Origin: Nemertoderma westbladi | Lineage: Eukaryota; Animalia; Xenacoelomorpha | Assembly: GCA_032718475.1 (NCBI GenBank) | Contig: JAUCBJ010002550.1 | Span: forward strand, 22,653-86,652 | DNA length: 64,000 nucleotides | Reading direction: 5' to 3' | Shown: positions 10,887 through 23,095 of the stretch, piece after piece | How the letters are laid out: each line of letters opens with the position of its first letter | How positions within the stretch are numbered: the stretch's first letter is position 1 | Translations under genes and position numbers: made by a program | Notes under the pieces: model-generated | What the model was told of the DNA's origin: nothing | Database searches by the model: none | Seen by the model: the letters and a program-made list of their open reading frames with translations, nothing else

Positions 10887-12589
10887 ATGGAGAAAGGGAT
10901 ACAAAGAGAGCCGAGATGGGGATATGATATCCAAGAGGAGGCGGCAGCTTCATTCGAACGATTTGGAGCAAAAGACTACACTATATTTGGTATAAAGGAA
11001 TTATCAGAAAGTACAGCGAAGCTCGCAAAGACAGCAATGCCTTTACTCGAGCAGGATTTAGTATATTTCGAGACGTGTATCTTCGCTGTGCGGGATCTCT
11101 TATCGAAAGACCATCTATGTTTACATTGTTACCCTATGAAGGAGAACGTATCGTGGAGATTACGGATGAATCACGGCAGACGCGTGCGCCTATCGGTCAC
11201 CTTGGTGATGAATTCGAAGTAACTACTACGATCGCCGACGATCCTTTAGAGGAACTTCTTGAGATTGAAAGGAACCTCCCGAAGAAATCTCAGACGGAGA
11301 TTCGACAACTTGAAGCAACAGATGCTATAGTTTGTATACAACCTTCAGAAACCTACCAACCCATAGACCCAGATGATTACGATTATAGTATGGGAGGAAG
11401 CGCTCGACCGATTGGAGATTTTATATACGAACGAGTGTGGTACCCTGCCAATACGATGTGTAGTAAATGTGGCGTCGCTGGACATCATATGACAAAGTGC
11501 AGTGGAAAGCACATTACTACGACTCAGCTAATCTGTGGATGGTGTGGGGATCAAGGGTCTCATACCTTTTATACTTGCTGGAGATTTATGGCTCAATGTA
11601 CTTACTGCAATATAAAGGGACATCGAGCATCTGAATGCCAACTGAGAGACATACCTTATGAACACGAATCTGTAAAACTCGTGAGGAAGTTATTTGATGA
11701 GTGGGAAGATTTAGCCGACGAACATGTATCGGCACAGAGAAGACGGTTTCCGATGAGAGCGCATCTCGGATTTTGGGCGGTAAATCCCCAGACGATGATG
11801 TCGGAAGGATACATCTCCGCTATGCCTCAATATGACGAACTTATCGAGGTTGTCGATATTTTGCCCCACGACAGCGGATTCCGAGTGGTGCGCGAGTATC
11901 TGTTACAAATTCACCCGGATAACAAAAACACGTGGAATTTTCAGAAAGTCGTTAATCGGATTACGTATGGTGAATTCGATCGTTTCCGAACTGAAAGGCG
12001 GAACAAGGGAGCTTGGTTAACCGTCGCATGGGCGTACCGAGCCGCGTTTTACCACAAACGTATACGAGCGAGCGTATTCGAGGAAGAAGAGGTCCTAGAG
12101 GCGACGAACATATCAGCCACTCCGGTTGCGCCGTCTGCACGTCACCCTCGGGAGGACGGGCAGGGTAGGATCATACGGGTCCAGAAAGTGGGCCAACAAT
12201 TGAAGAAAATTATTAATGTAGAAGAACGCAAGGGAGTTGAGCCGACCATTCGAGTTACTCGGGATACGGTATCACTTCCAAGAGAACCAGTAGGAGGATC
12301 GGGACATACACCAGCTGATCAACAGGGGGCGCAAGCTACTCTCGGGTCTGCGTCGTCCGCTTCTCACGCGTTCCCAGACGTTCTACCAACTGTAGTGACG
12401 ACTGATCGGTCACGAGGAATTGGTCGAGGTTTTGGGATGCCAAATAGACGAATTTGCGAGGAAATAGTCGCACCGTCTCTCAACGTCCCAAGTAAACCAG
12501 TGACTCGCCCCACGAGTCCCATATCGCGAGCAAAGTCACCTGTGCGCAGTTTTCGAGGACGCGGCAGGGCTCGATCAACTAAACGATAA
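10887..12589 (+). CDS. Additional 3' ORF (ORF3) of BEL-1: triple CCHC zinc-knuckle protein with RG-rich tail, likely one frameshift near the 5' end
   Basis: 504-aa frame 11075-12589 has CSKCGVAGHHMTKC, CGWCGDQGSHTFYTC, CTYCNIKGHRASEC and C-terminal RGIGRG/RGRGRAR. An overlapping upstream frame starts at ATG 10887. No evident signal peptide or TM helix. Confidence 0.75.
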
Positions 12590-12689
12590 AAGGGAGGGCA
12601 AGGGTGGACGGAAGACTCGTGAGCCTTTCTTATGATTTGTGATTTATTTGAATTATATGTTTTATATTTAGAAAGTTTGTATTCTGAAA

Positions 12690-13270
12690 GGGACTCATAT
12701 TTAGTAAAAACTTATATTTTATATTTGTGCTTATTCCAAACTTATGCAATTTGTATTGTTCCGAATTTATGAAATTTAGAAAGTTTAGAAGGAACTTATA
12801 TTTGAAAGATTTATGTTTCATATTTGAGATGCAAAGGTTTATATTATTCTAAACTTATGCAGTTTATATCTATATTTAGTAAGACTACCCAAAAGAGAGT
12901 TTATATTTGTAAGAATTTATATTTATATTTGTAATTATTTCGAACTTATACAATTTATATTATTCCAAACTTATGCAATTTGTATTGTTCCGAATATTAT
13001 GCAATTTATATTTTATAAGCAGTATTTGTACCTAAAGAGAAAGTTTTATAGACAGAAAATTTTGTGCTCAGAAAGACTCATATTTGTAATTATTCCAAAC
13101 TTATGCAATCTACATTTAGGTACGAAAGTATTTGTAATTACTTGAATTTATGCAATATTTGGGATGCAATAGTAGATGGAAGACTCGCGAGCCTTTCTTA
13201 TTGTTTTCATTTATTTGTATTTGTAATTGTTTGAATTTATGCAATATCTGAGATGCAATAGATTTATATT
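12690..13270 (+). repeat. Degenerate AT-rich repeats (TTATTCCAAACTTATGCAATTT core) in the BEL-1 3' non-coding region
   Basis: Core visible at ~12731, 12846, 12937, 12960, 13090 with further degenerate copies. Confidence 0.7.
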
Positions 13271-14848
13271 GGTGAATTTAATTTAGATTTATATTGTACT
13301 TACTTAGCAAAGCCTTAAATACGTAAAGTTTGAATTTGTAATTATTTTGTATCGAATCATTACGTAGAAAGGAAGTATTGTTTGAAATTTAATTGTAAAT
13401 ATGTAAGTACGCCCTAAGTATTTTATAGTTTGATTGATTATTGGTGAAAACCGTATATTTTATGCACGATAATATCCTGTTTTCATGGAGCGGTATAGAA
13501 TTATATTCCCTAAATGCCGTGGATTTTCAAAATTTTATTTTATTCGGATTAACTTTGTAAAGATTGCTTTGAGTTCTCATTCGTATTGGTTCTATCTATT
13601 ATGCATCTATCGGTCAAGTGGTTCAGTAGCTCAGCCCAAAAACAGTTGGCCTCGAGGTGCGTCCTAGGTGCGTCCTAGGCTAAGCTGAGGTCCGTCCTAG
13701 GCAGAGGGCTAAGGTACGTCCCAGGCAGAGACAAGTTTGATTGGTTGTTCCACTTGCTAGCTAGGGAATTCCTTCTTGAATCCGTCATAGTAAGCGAGGC
13801 CTGTGATTGGCTAATTCAGAATTAATGTGCTGTTTGTTATTGTAAATTTTCTGGATGCCGAGAATGGATTGTAAAGTAGTATTAATTAAGAATTAATTCA
13901 AATGTAACTAAATATTACGTTACGGAAAAAATTTACAAAAAATATGTGAATGCTCCATTTTATATTTTTTATTTGTATTCTTGTTTAAATCAAACAAACA
14001 GGTAAATAATGAGTTGTGCGGTGTAGTGTAAATTATCATTGTTTGGTTGTGTGGCAACTGGAGTAGCAGGCTGGGTATTTGGGTAGCCCCAGTTGTGCGG
14101 GCCTGGACAGGGTTTCCATCCAATGCTAACATGTATTGCAACTGTATAATGTTTAGAATGCCAGTGAAACAAAATAGGAGGGTCCTTAGTAGTCAACTGG
14201 AGTGGCAGCCAATATCGTAAATATTCATTCCAGAACATGTATTTATTTAACATGGGTTATATGCAGTTCATTAGTTGCACAGAAAAGGAGACACATAGTA
14301 TGTTGAAGGTGGAGTTGATTCTATTGGTTGTCTGACTCGACGGCTGGGATATCCCAGTGAGCGTATACAATAGCAGGGCTTCCCTCTAATAATGGTATCA
14401 CAATGCTACTATAGTATATTATTTTTCATGGCTTGCGTTTATGTGCCTATTAATCAGTAGTATTTAGTATTGTAACTGTAACAACTGTGTTGTTAATAAT
14501 ATTTCTTATAATTGTATATATTTGCTGCTACCTGTAATACATTTTACAACTTTAATTATTTAATTAATTAGTTAACCTAATTTTAACTTATTAATTGGAT
14601 ATTCCTGTTTTGATTTCTACATAAAATAACCGTATATAAATTGCAGGTTTAGTTACATTTTAATTTTATAGTTTCGGTTTGTAATTTTTCACTTTGTCAT
14701 ACAAACTTAAATTTGTAAAAAAAGCTCTGTAAGTTAAATACAGTAATTTTAAAAAATAAGCAATGCATAACACAGATACACAAACAGGGGGGGGGGGGGG
14801 GGGGGCAGTGGAAAAGTGTACCCGGGCCGCTATGTCCTAAATTAGAGA

Positions 14849-14923
14849 TCAAGATGCCATGAAGCAAGTTATTTTGCTATTACGACTCCTAATAGCAAAA
14901 TAACTTGCTTCATGGCATCTTGA
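14849..14923. repeat. Perfect 34-bp inverted repeat with 7-nt loop
   Basis: TCAAGATGCCATGAAGCAAGTTATTTTGCTATTA-CGACTCC-exact reverse complement. Confidence 0.95.
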
Positions 14924-15164
14924 CGCAGTGGATAGCTGCCTTGTATTGTACATAGCCAACCAGTCTCTCTCTCTATCTGGGTAAACCAAGCACATACTGT
15001 AGACTCCATTATGTGGTTTACTTGTGCTAGTAGTAGATGCCACCAGGTCAAGGCTTGGTTATTGGCCTTATTGGTCAAGGCCTGCTTTACTCTGTATACA
15101 TTTGACTTATCACAGCAGACTCAGAAATTAGTCATCAATGTAACATAAATGATATTATATTCAG

Positions 15165-16382
15165 GGTGTTCGGACACTTCCCCCCCGGACACTTCCCCCC
15201 CGGACAGTTCCCCCCCCCGCTCAAGTAGGACACTTCCCCCCCGGACACTTCCCCCCCGGACAGTTCCCCCCCGCTCAAGTAGGACACTTCCCCCCCGGAC
15301 ACTTCCCCCCCAGACACTTCCCCTCCCCCCCGCGGACACTTCCCCCCCGACTGTTCTTAACTTCGCACATTCGTATTTTTCATTTTGTAAGGTAAACGGA
15401 CCGCTTGTATCCAGATAAGTTGTATCCAATTTTCCTTACGTAGCTCAGATAGTGATCTTTTGCATCCTGATTTTACATTTTATATCCAAGTTTTATTTAT
15501 GGGTTTTATCAATGCAATTACATAGTATTGTTTGCTAATCTTTAAACGATTAATTATATTAGATGACCTATAAATTCCATCCACCGAATGATATACTGTT
15601 TTTATTAACTATAGAATTATAATAATTAATTGTTTTAATTATAGGTATTATTATGTAATAGTCTTCTTCAAATTGTAGCAGATGGGGATGAATATTATTG
15701 TTGCAATCAAAATTATACCTCTCTAGGGTAAAATCGACATGCGTCGACCTGTATTCTGTGTTCAGCATTACATACAGTATTAATATACATATTACTACTA
15801 TACATACTATATAGATATTATACACACTACATATTAAATTTCCTGGTTACTTGCGATATTTTTAATAGGATTTTGTTGAATTATATAATATTGTAGTAAT
15901 TTATATATTAAATTGGTTAACATTCAATACAGCTCCTACTTTAGGCTTAGTCAATTTATTATCTGATGATACAAACATGAATTAGTTATTTCAAAGTGGT
16001 CTTAAGTCTTTCACCACGGGCACTCAGCGAAATACCGGGTTATGGGGGCGATAACCCCCAAGAAATGAAGCGGGGGGGTTTGGGGGCGGCAGCCCCCAAG
16101 AAAAGAAGCGGGGGTTTGGGGGCGGCAGCCCCCAACAAAAGAAGCGGGGGTTTGGGGGCGGCAGCCCCCAATTAAAAGAAATTAAAAGAATTAAAGGAAT
16201 TAAAAGAGAAACAAACAAAATTTGACTATAAAAATGTTTCTTTTATAATTTTGAAAAAACTTGTCTAGATACAACTTGTCCTGTAACCATCTTTAACTTT
16301 TGTTTATTGCTTTGATGCACCCAGATTAATTTTAACACTTTAACTGGGGGGGAAGTGTCCGGGGGGCAAGTGTCCTAGATCC
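15165..16382. mobile_element. Non-autonomous Mutator-like (MULE) DNA transposon
   Basis: 9-bp TSD TATATTCAG (15156-15164; 16383-16391); termini GG-N5-GGACACTT with subterminal GGACACTTCCCCCCC repeats inverted at the right end. Confidence 0.8.
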
Positions 16383-17395
16383 TATATTCAGTTATCTGGT
16401 CTTTTGTGGTATTCCACTGTCATTTAATAGCTACTTATTGGTCTTTAAACAATGTCGAAGTCTCACCATTTTAAAGGATTGAAGTTTTACCGCGACAAGT
16501 TCATAGCACTTGCTAACAGCCCGAGTGGGAGTAGAAATCTGTACGTAACTTTACAGCGTTTGATAACATAACTTTACAGTGTTTGAACCCATAACTTCTC
16601 AGTTTTTGATCCCATAACTTTAGGCCTAAAGTACCGTTTATCATTTATTATATTACAATTTTACCGATGTACAATTTTACCGTAATGTAAATAGTTTTTA
16701 TTATATTACAATATAATAATATTCTGTATTTTAGAAAAGACCTACGATTTTATAATAGCTCAATTTATTATAATAGCTAATATGATTTCAATATAATGGT
16801 ATGTATAACGGTATACCTCTTTTTGTGCCATTTTGGTACATTGTTTTAATTACATAAACGTTTCACTGCAGTTCATTTGTGTAATGAGTAATGATTTATT
16901 TAATCAATAAATATTTATCTACTAATTATTAAAAGCAAAGAAATATGTAATATTCAAATTTATATTTTCCCTTAATTTCAAACCCTCTTTTTTATTTTCC
17001 TTCCCTTTCGTCTTTATTATCTTTTTTAACGCAACATGTGGGCGTGGGGTGGGCCTTCGCGCCGCACAAGAGTGAGTTAGTAAGCCTAGATAACAATATA
17101 TTTAGCACCACCTAGTGGCGGGCCAAGGAAATTGTGCGACGCCAGAAACTGCCTCATTTATTTGAGACCAAAGATTAGACCGACTGACGACAGACCGTCA
17201 GACAATCAGACAGACCTACACGAGGTTGAGATAGTGATACTTGTAAACTAAGATCTCTAACTTTCTTGACTTTTTCTTTCCCTACCCTTCTTTTGCTTTT
17301 CTCCTTTCCTTTCTTTTCCCCTTTTCTCTTGCCCCTCTTTTTCCTCCTTTGTTATAATTTTTTCTTCCCCCCTCCGATCAGGCTATCTTACCCCA

Positions 17396-17470
17396 GCCCT
17401 AGCTCAGTTGGTAGAGCGTTGGAAATTATAAGTGTAGTAGGTATCGAGTTCGAATCCTAGTAAGTGCGAA
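17396..17470 (+). pseudogene. tRNA-derived sequence (SINE head or tRNA pseudogene)
   Basis: Pol III A box TAGCTCAGTTGG (17400-17411) and B box GTTCGAATCC (17448-17457); no clean anticodon or acceptor stem. Confidence 0.65.
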
Positions 17471-17921
17471 TTATTTTTTGTGCAGAATTTCAACTCATTT
17501 AAATTAACCGCTACAAATTAATTGCATTTATCTGTACCAATGAGACTGTAGTTATTTGATTGTAACCAATGTCGTGCAAGTTATATATTAGCTGGACCAA
17601 TAGCTATCTTTAAAACCTTGTTAGAACCTATAGAACAATCGAGAATTTTCTCGATTGATTGCAGCACAAATTTGGTATATAAAGGTGCGATTTCGTTCAT
17701 TAGTTCACTACTCAATCACTTCAATATTCACATCATTATTCTGTCGTGCTTAGTTTATTCTCAGATTACATTGTATTATAATTGTATCTTCTGTAATAAA
17801 GTCAGAATATTCCCTCAGTTTTCTATCTGTTTTACTATGGTTTCACTACGGTGAACAAACTCAGGGACAGGATGGCCAGCTAGAGATCGGGCCGCAGCAA
17901 TGAACGGGAACATCACGGGAA

Positions 17922-19168
17922 TGTAGACGAGAGACAACCCGCAATACCTTTAGAGTTATTCGCCCATCGCCTGAAAGGTTAGACAGCGTTTGATCCTTGC
18001 TACCTAAGTGTAAGACCAAAAGATCAACAGGTAGAAGTAGTGACACGCTGTAAGCCCAAAATTACATCATAGGGACTGTACTGTCTTGATTCAGGAAAAC
18101 CCACAGTAGACCTTCACATTCCTACGGGGGGAGAGCGCAGGCAGATACTAGTACGCAGATAGGACGTAGGCACACCGGTACAAGGCATACACATTGGTTA
18201 GGGTGCAGCAAACTGTACGCTTAACTCTTGCTAAGTACAGGTGCGCGTGCGACTATTTGCAGTACGACAGTGTCCATTGCATTAGAACTTGTAGGCTAAG
18301 GGGGTTGCTGTGTTTTCACCTGAATTGGGATTGTACCGTTCAGGCGGTAGGGCAGTTTACACTAGGCGCAAATAAATTGAGGCTATCAGGGATATACTAA
18401 CATCTACCGTGTCCCCGCCAACGCCCTAATAGGAAGTTACCCGGACTACCTGGGTGACTAAAATTCTAGATAGGAGCCAGGATAGCTATTAGTACCCGTA
18501 CGCCTACAGTAGTAAACTAACACATCTCTTCTTAGTATCAGGGACCTGGTACCTAAAATTGCCGAATTCTGGGCGTAGTATTAACCTTATGCCTGAATTT
18601 GAGTCCTGGAAATACGCAAGAGGGGAAGGAACCTTATCATTCGTGAGTATTGGACCTACAAGTTACAAAATTAGAATATTCGTAAAATGCACACCGTACC
18701 CAGTAATTATATATGTGAAGGAGCAAAACTGTTTTGACCGTTCAGAATTAACACACGCGCGTTAGAAATTATTTACACCTCGAAATATATAAAATTAACT
18801 TAGTCCGTACTGTGCTTTGCCCGCTAGTTAGACATCTCCAAATCTCTGCCTGTACCTAGCTAGCGTCCCTTCGCCCAACCATATAAATCACACCGCGGCA
18901 AAGTATACGAGCCTCTTAGTCCGTCAGTGAGTCAGCCTGATTTTAGGATTCGCTGCGCGGGATTTTGTTTTATCGAAGTTTGTCTGCTCGTAGACTGTTT
19001 TCTGCCTCACCGGTTATAAGAGATCGATACTGCAATATATTCGCTTACTTAGGGTTTACTGTTTTGGTGAGAAGGTCGGATTTATGATTTGATTTACAAA
19101 CTTTACAGTAGGATATTGCAGGTATTGTTACCGTCTCTTCCGATAGTAGGAATAGGCGTATCTCTTCA
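17922..19168 (+). repeat. Second LTR copy of BEL-1 (start inferred)
   Basis: 18415-19172 matches window positions 1-758. The start is placed tentatively at TGTAGACG (17922) after purine-rich sequence and cannot be confirmed because the 5' copy is cut by the window. Confidence 0.7.
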
Positions 19169-19173
19169 ATTAA

Positions 19174-19315
19174 TAATACACCCTGTAGTTACCACGTAGA
19201 ACCTATACTATACTATAATACATCCTGTAGTTACCACGTAGAGCCTATACTATACTATAATACATCCTGTAGTTACCACGTAGAGCCTATACTATAATAC
19301 ATCCTGTAGTTACCA
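19174..19315. repeat. ~42-bp tandem repeat x3.5
   Basis: TAATACATCCTGTAGTTACCACGTAGAGCCTATACTATACTA units starting at 19174, 19216, 19258, 19295. Confidence 0.9.
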
Positions 19316-20831
19316 TTTATATTATCACATTTGTTAAAACATCGCGATACTTGTAGTTTTACTTACCCAATAAATTTGATTTCAATCGTACTGTAACAGG
19401 AGTAAATATTTTTCAAGGAATTTTCTCAACTACAGTATTTATAGAATATTATTCAGCTTTGATATCTAAATTTTTTTTTAGTTTTTATTCAAATAGTATC
19501 GTTAGGTTTCAGTAATGGGTAATATTTACTTTGGATAAACAAAATGTCGGAAACTTACTCAACTGCTTTAGCTGGTAAATTAATCACTGCAATATTACCA
19601 ATGATCGATTATCATCTAGACTAGCATAGCTAGGCCCTACTATAAACGTGTGAATTAACCTAATGTGTAACTACAGTATGTACCAGTACATGTGAATTTG
19701 AAAGTATGGTACTTGTTTATGGGGTTATTTGATTTTAATCTTGTTATGTGCTGTACTGTACCTAACGGCAGCGTAAGGCTTGTAAGCTCCACTGGAACAG
19801 TAATTCGTTTGTAGTAAAAGGCGTATGTCGAAAGAAATAATTATAGAATACATCGGTCAACAACATTATTACCTTTTCTTGAGGACTGATTCCGCGTGCC
19901 CCGACAAGCATTGAGTTTAAATACAGTATGCTATGCCTATGGGTGTGTCAATGGCGCAAAATACCCGCAAAAACAAAATGTGTGTTTAGTGGGGTTGAAA
20001 AATTAATTTAATTTAATTTAAAACATTAAGGGAAATGAGTAGGTTACAGTACAAAAACAATAAACGAGACTTTATCTTCCTTGCGGTCAATTTGCGCTGA
20101 AGATCAAAATTTTTACTTGCGGTCAATTTGCGCCATTATATATGCTATCGGTAGGCTACAGTACTTTATACATCTTGTTATTTGCTACACCACACCCGTA
20201 AGGTGGCACTGTTATATGTAGCACTGTATGTATTATCATATATATTTTTAATATTTCAGTATTATGGATCAAAACAATCAAACAATACTGTAGGGTATGT
20301 TGTTGATTATTTTTACTGGTTTCATTTAGACTGTTGTCATGTTAGTTGTACCACTGGTGTTTTGATTGCCTTTCTGGCCCAGTTATTATTAAATAAACGC
20401 AATAATTTTTATTGTCCGTTTAAATCACTCATGATGTCCTTTTTTTTACTTATAATGTCCTCCAGAAATTTACCGTTAGGTTCCATGTTACCATGTCCAC
20501 CGGGTCCATGTCTCAGGCTATCAGTACCGGTATTATGTAGTATATAGAGCACTATATTAGTATTGCTGTATTGTATGTACAGATGTAGGTATAAAGCAGG
20601 TATTTTAGTACCGGTTCCGGCACCGGTATTGCTGTAGGCCTATTGTGTAGCCTACCATTTAAATACGGTAATGGTAGGCCTACCGGCTGACCGGTTGTGC
20701 TAATAAATTTTAAATAATTGATAGGCCAAACTGGATTGTGGAAAATGTGGATATTGTGGATATACCTTTCACATAATTTATCAGTTTTATAATGGATCAT
20801 GACTACTGTCTTCTACTAACCGGCCTGACTA

Positions 20832-22630
20832 CTCCTTTCCCTCAATTAGTTAAGTGATCGTTTATTGTTTTGGTTAGAAAATCCCGTCTCTGTAACCTGC
20901 TCCTTTCCCTCAATTAGTTAAGTGATCGTTTATTGTTTTGGTTAGAAAATCCCGCCTCTGTAACCTGCTCCTTTCCCTCAATTAGTTAAGTGATCGTTTA
21001 TTGTTTTGGTTAGGAAATCCCGCCTCTGTAACCTGCTCCTTTCCCTGAATTTGTAAAGTGACCGTTTATTGTTTTTGTTAGAAAATCCCGCCTCTGTAAC
21101 CTGCTCCTTTCCCTCAATTAGTTAAGTGATCGTTTATTGTTTTTGTTAGAAAATCCCGCCTCTGTAACCTGCTCCTTTCCCTCAATTAGTTAAGTGATCG
21201 TTTATTGTTTTGGTTAGAAAATCCCGCCTCTGTAACCTGCTCCTTTCCCTCGATTAGTTAAGTGATCATTTATTGTTTTGGTTAGAAAATCCCGCCTCTG
21301 TAACCTGCTCCTTTCCTTCATTTAGTAAAGTGACTGTTTATTGTTTTGGTTAGAAAATCCCGCCTCTGTAACCTGCTCCTTTCCCTCAATTAGTTAAGTG
21401 AACGTTTATTGTTTTGGTTAGAAAATCCCGCCTCTGGAACCTGCACCTTTCCCTTTCCCTCAATTAGTTAAGTGATCGTTTATTGTTTTTGTTAGAAAAT
21501 CCCGCCTCTGTAACCTGCTCCTTTCCCTCAATTAGTTAAGTGATCGTTTATTGTTTTTGTTAGAAAATCCCGCCTCTGTAACCTGCTCCTTTCTCTCAAT
21601 TAGTTAAGTGATCGTTTATTGTTTTGGTTAGAAAATCCCGCCTCTGTAACCTGCTCCTTTCCCTCGATTAGTTAAGTGATCATTTATTGTTTTGGTTAGA
21701 AAATCCCGCCTCTGTAACCTGCTCCTTTCCCTCAATTAGTTAAGTGATCGTTTGTTGTTTTTGTTAGGAAATCCCGCCTCTGTAACCTGCTCCTTTCCCT
21801 GAATTGGTAAAGTGACCGTTTATTGTTTTGGTTAGAAAGGACCGCCTCCTTAACCTGCTCCTTTCCTTCATTTAGTAAAGTGACTGTTTATTGTTTTGGT
21901 TAGAAAATCCCGCCTCTCTAACCTGCTCCTTTCCGTCAATTAGTTAAGTGATCGTTTATTGTTTTGGTTAGAAAATCCCGCCTCTGTAAGCTGCTCCTTT
22001 CCCTCAATTAGTTAAGTGATCGTTTATTGTTTTGGTTAGGAAATCCCGCCTCTGTAACCTGCTCCTTTCTCTCAATTGGTAATGTTATCGTTTATTGTTT
22101 TGGTTAGAAAAGACCATCTATGTAACCTGCTCCTTTCCTACATTTGGTAAAGTGATTGTTTATTGTTTTGGTTAGAAAATACCGCCTCTGTAACCTGCTC
22201 CTTTCCCTGATTTTGTAAAGTGACCGTTTATTGTATTGGTTAGAAAGGCTAGCCTCTTTAACCTGCTCCTTTCCTTAATTTGGTAAAGTGACTGTTTATT
22301 GTTTTGGTTAGAAAATCCCGCCTCTAAAACCTGCTCCTTTCCGTCAATTAGTTAAGTGATCGTTTATTGTTTTGGTTAGAAAATCCCGCCTCTGTAAGCT
22401 GCTCCTTTCCCTCAATTAGTTAAGTGATCGTTTTATTGTTTTGGTTAGGAAATCCCGCCTCTGTAACCTGCTCCTTTCCCTGATTTGGTAAAGTGACCGT
22501 TTATTGTTTTGGTTAGAAAGGCTAGCCTCTTTATCCTGCTCCTTTCCTTCATTTGGTAAAGTGACTGTTTATTGTTTTGGTTAGAAAATCCGGTCTTAAC
22601 CTGCTCCTTTCCATCAATTGGTAATTGTTT
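20832..22630. repeat. 68-bp tandem satellite, ~26 copies
   Basis: Unit CTCCTTTCCCTCAATTAGTTAAGTGATCGTTTATTGTTTTGGTTAGAAAATCCCGCCTCTGTAACCTG; period 68 (20832, 20900...). Confidence 0.95.
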
Positions 22631-22956
22631 TTGGCTATTAAATGAGTGTTTTGCTACGTCATGTGGTAATCGACTATCGACAACAACCACAAACTATTAA
22701 ATTTAGAGTCTTTTACCACAGACGCATATGGAAATCTATCTCATCTTCTATACCTATAAATATCAAATTCTGTCTGTCTCTCTCTCTCTCTGTGTTCGAA
22801 CTCCTCCAAAACGGGCGGAGGGATTGCGCTGGAACTTGGCATGTGTGTATAACTTTAACCAGCGGTCGTACTGTACCAGGCCCATTCTCCACTGGTACTG
22901 TAAAAGGCACAAAGTCATAACTAGTTTTCAGATATTGTCTGATTCGGAGGATTATA

Positions 22957-23095
22957 GCTCGCGTGCTCGCTTGCTCGCGTGCTTGCATTCTCGCGTGCTC
23001 TCTTGCTCACGTGCTCGCTTGCTCGCGTGATGGCGTGCTCGCTTGCTGGCGTGCTCACGTGCTGGCGTGCTCGCTTGCTGGCGTGCTCGCGCGCT
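22957..23095. repeat. 8-bp-period low-complexity repeat (GCTCGCGT/GCTCGCTT)
   Basis: Directly visible. Confidence 0.85.

Larger units (their letters stand above)
1..19168 (+). mobile_element. BEL/Pao LTR retrotransposon (BEL-1), 5' end outside window; large 3' extra region
   Basis: gag (3 Zn knuckles)-protease-RT-RNaseH-integrase order with BEL motifs YLPHH, DFYVDD, FSDAS, GIDCFGP, SDQGTNF, GGVWERL. A direct repeat links 1-758 and 18415-19172. Whether 13.5-17.9 kb truly belongs to the element is uncertain. Confidence 0.85.

Noticed and set aside
11075-12589. ORF3 as an envelope gene
   Set aside because: No signal peptide or transmembrane anchor; the Cys pattern fits intracellular CCHC knuckles.
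13920-14420. Possible captured host exon
   Set aside because: No recognisable protein similarity or convincing splice sites.
17396-17470. Functional tRNA gene
   Set aside because: A and B boxes are present but acceptor and anticodon stems do not pair properly.
17533-17863. Solo LTR of another family (CCAAT, TATA, AATAAA present)
   Set aside because: Could not define matching termini or a TSD; mentioned only as LTR-like.
20182-20800. Short ORFs as a host gene
   Set aside because: Low-complexity AT-rich translations without recognisable domains.
20832-22630. CRISPR-like repeat-spacer array
   Set aside because: The whole 68-bp unit is repeated; there are no variable spacers.
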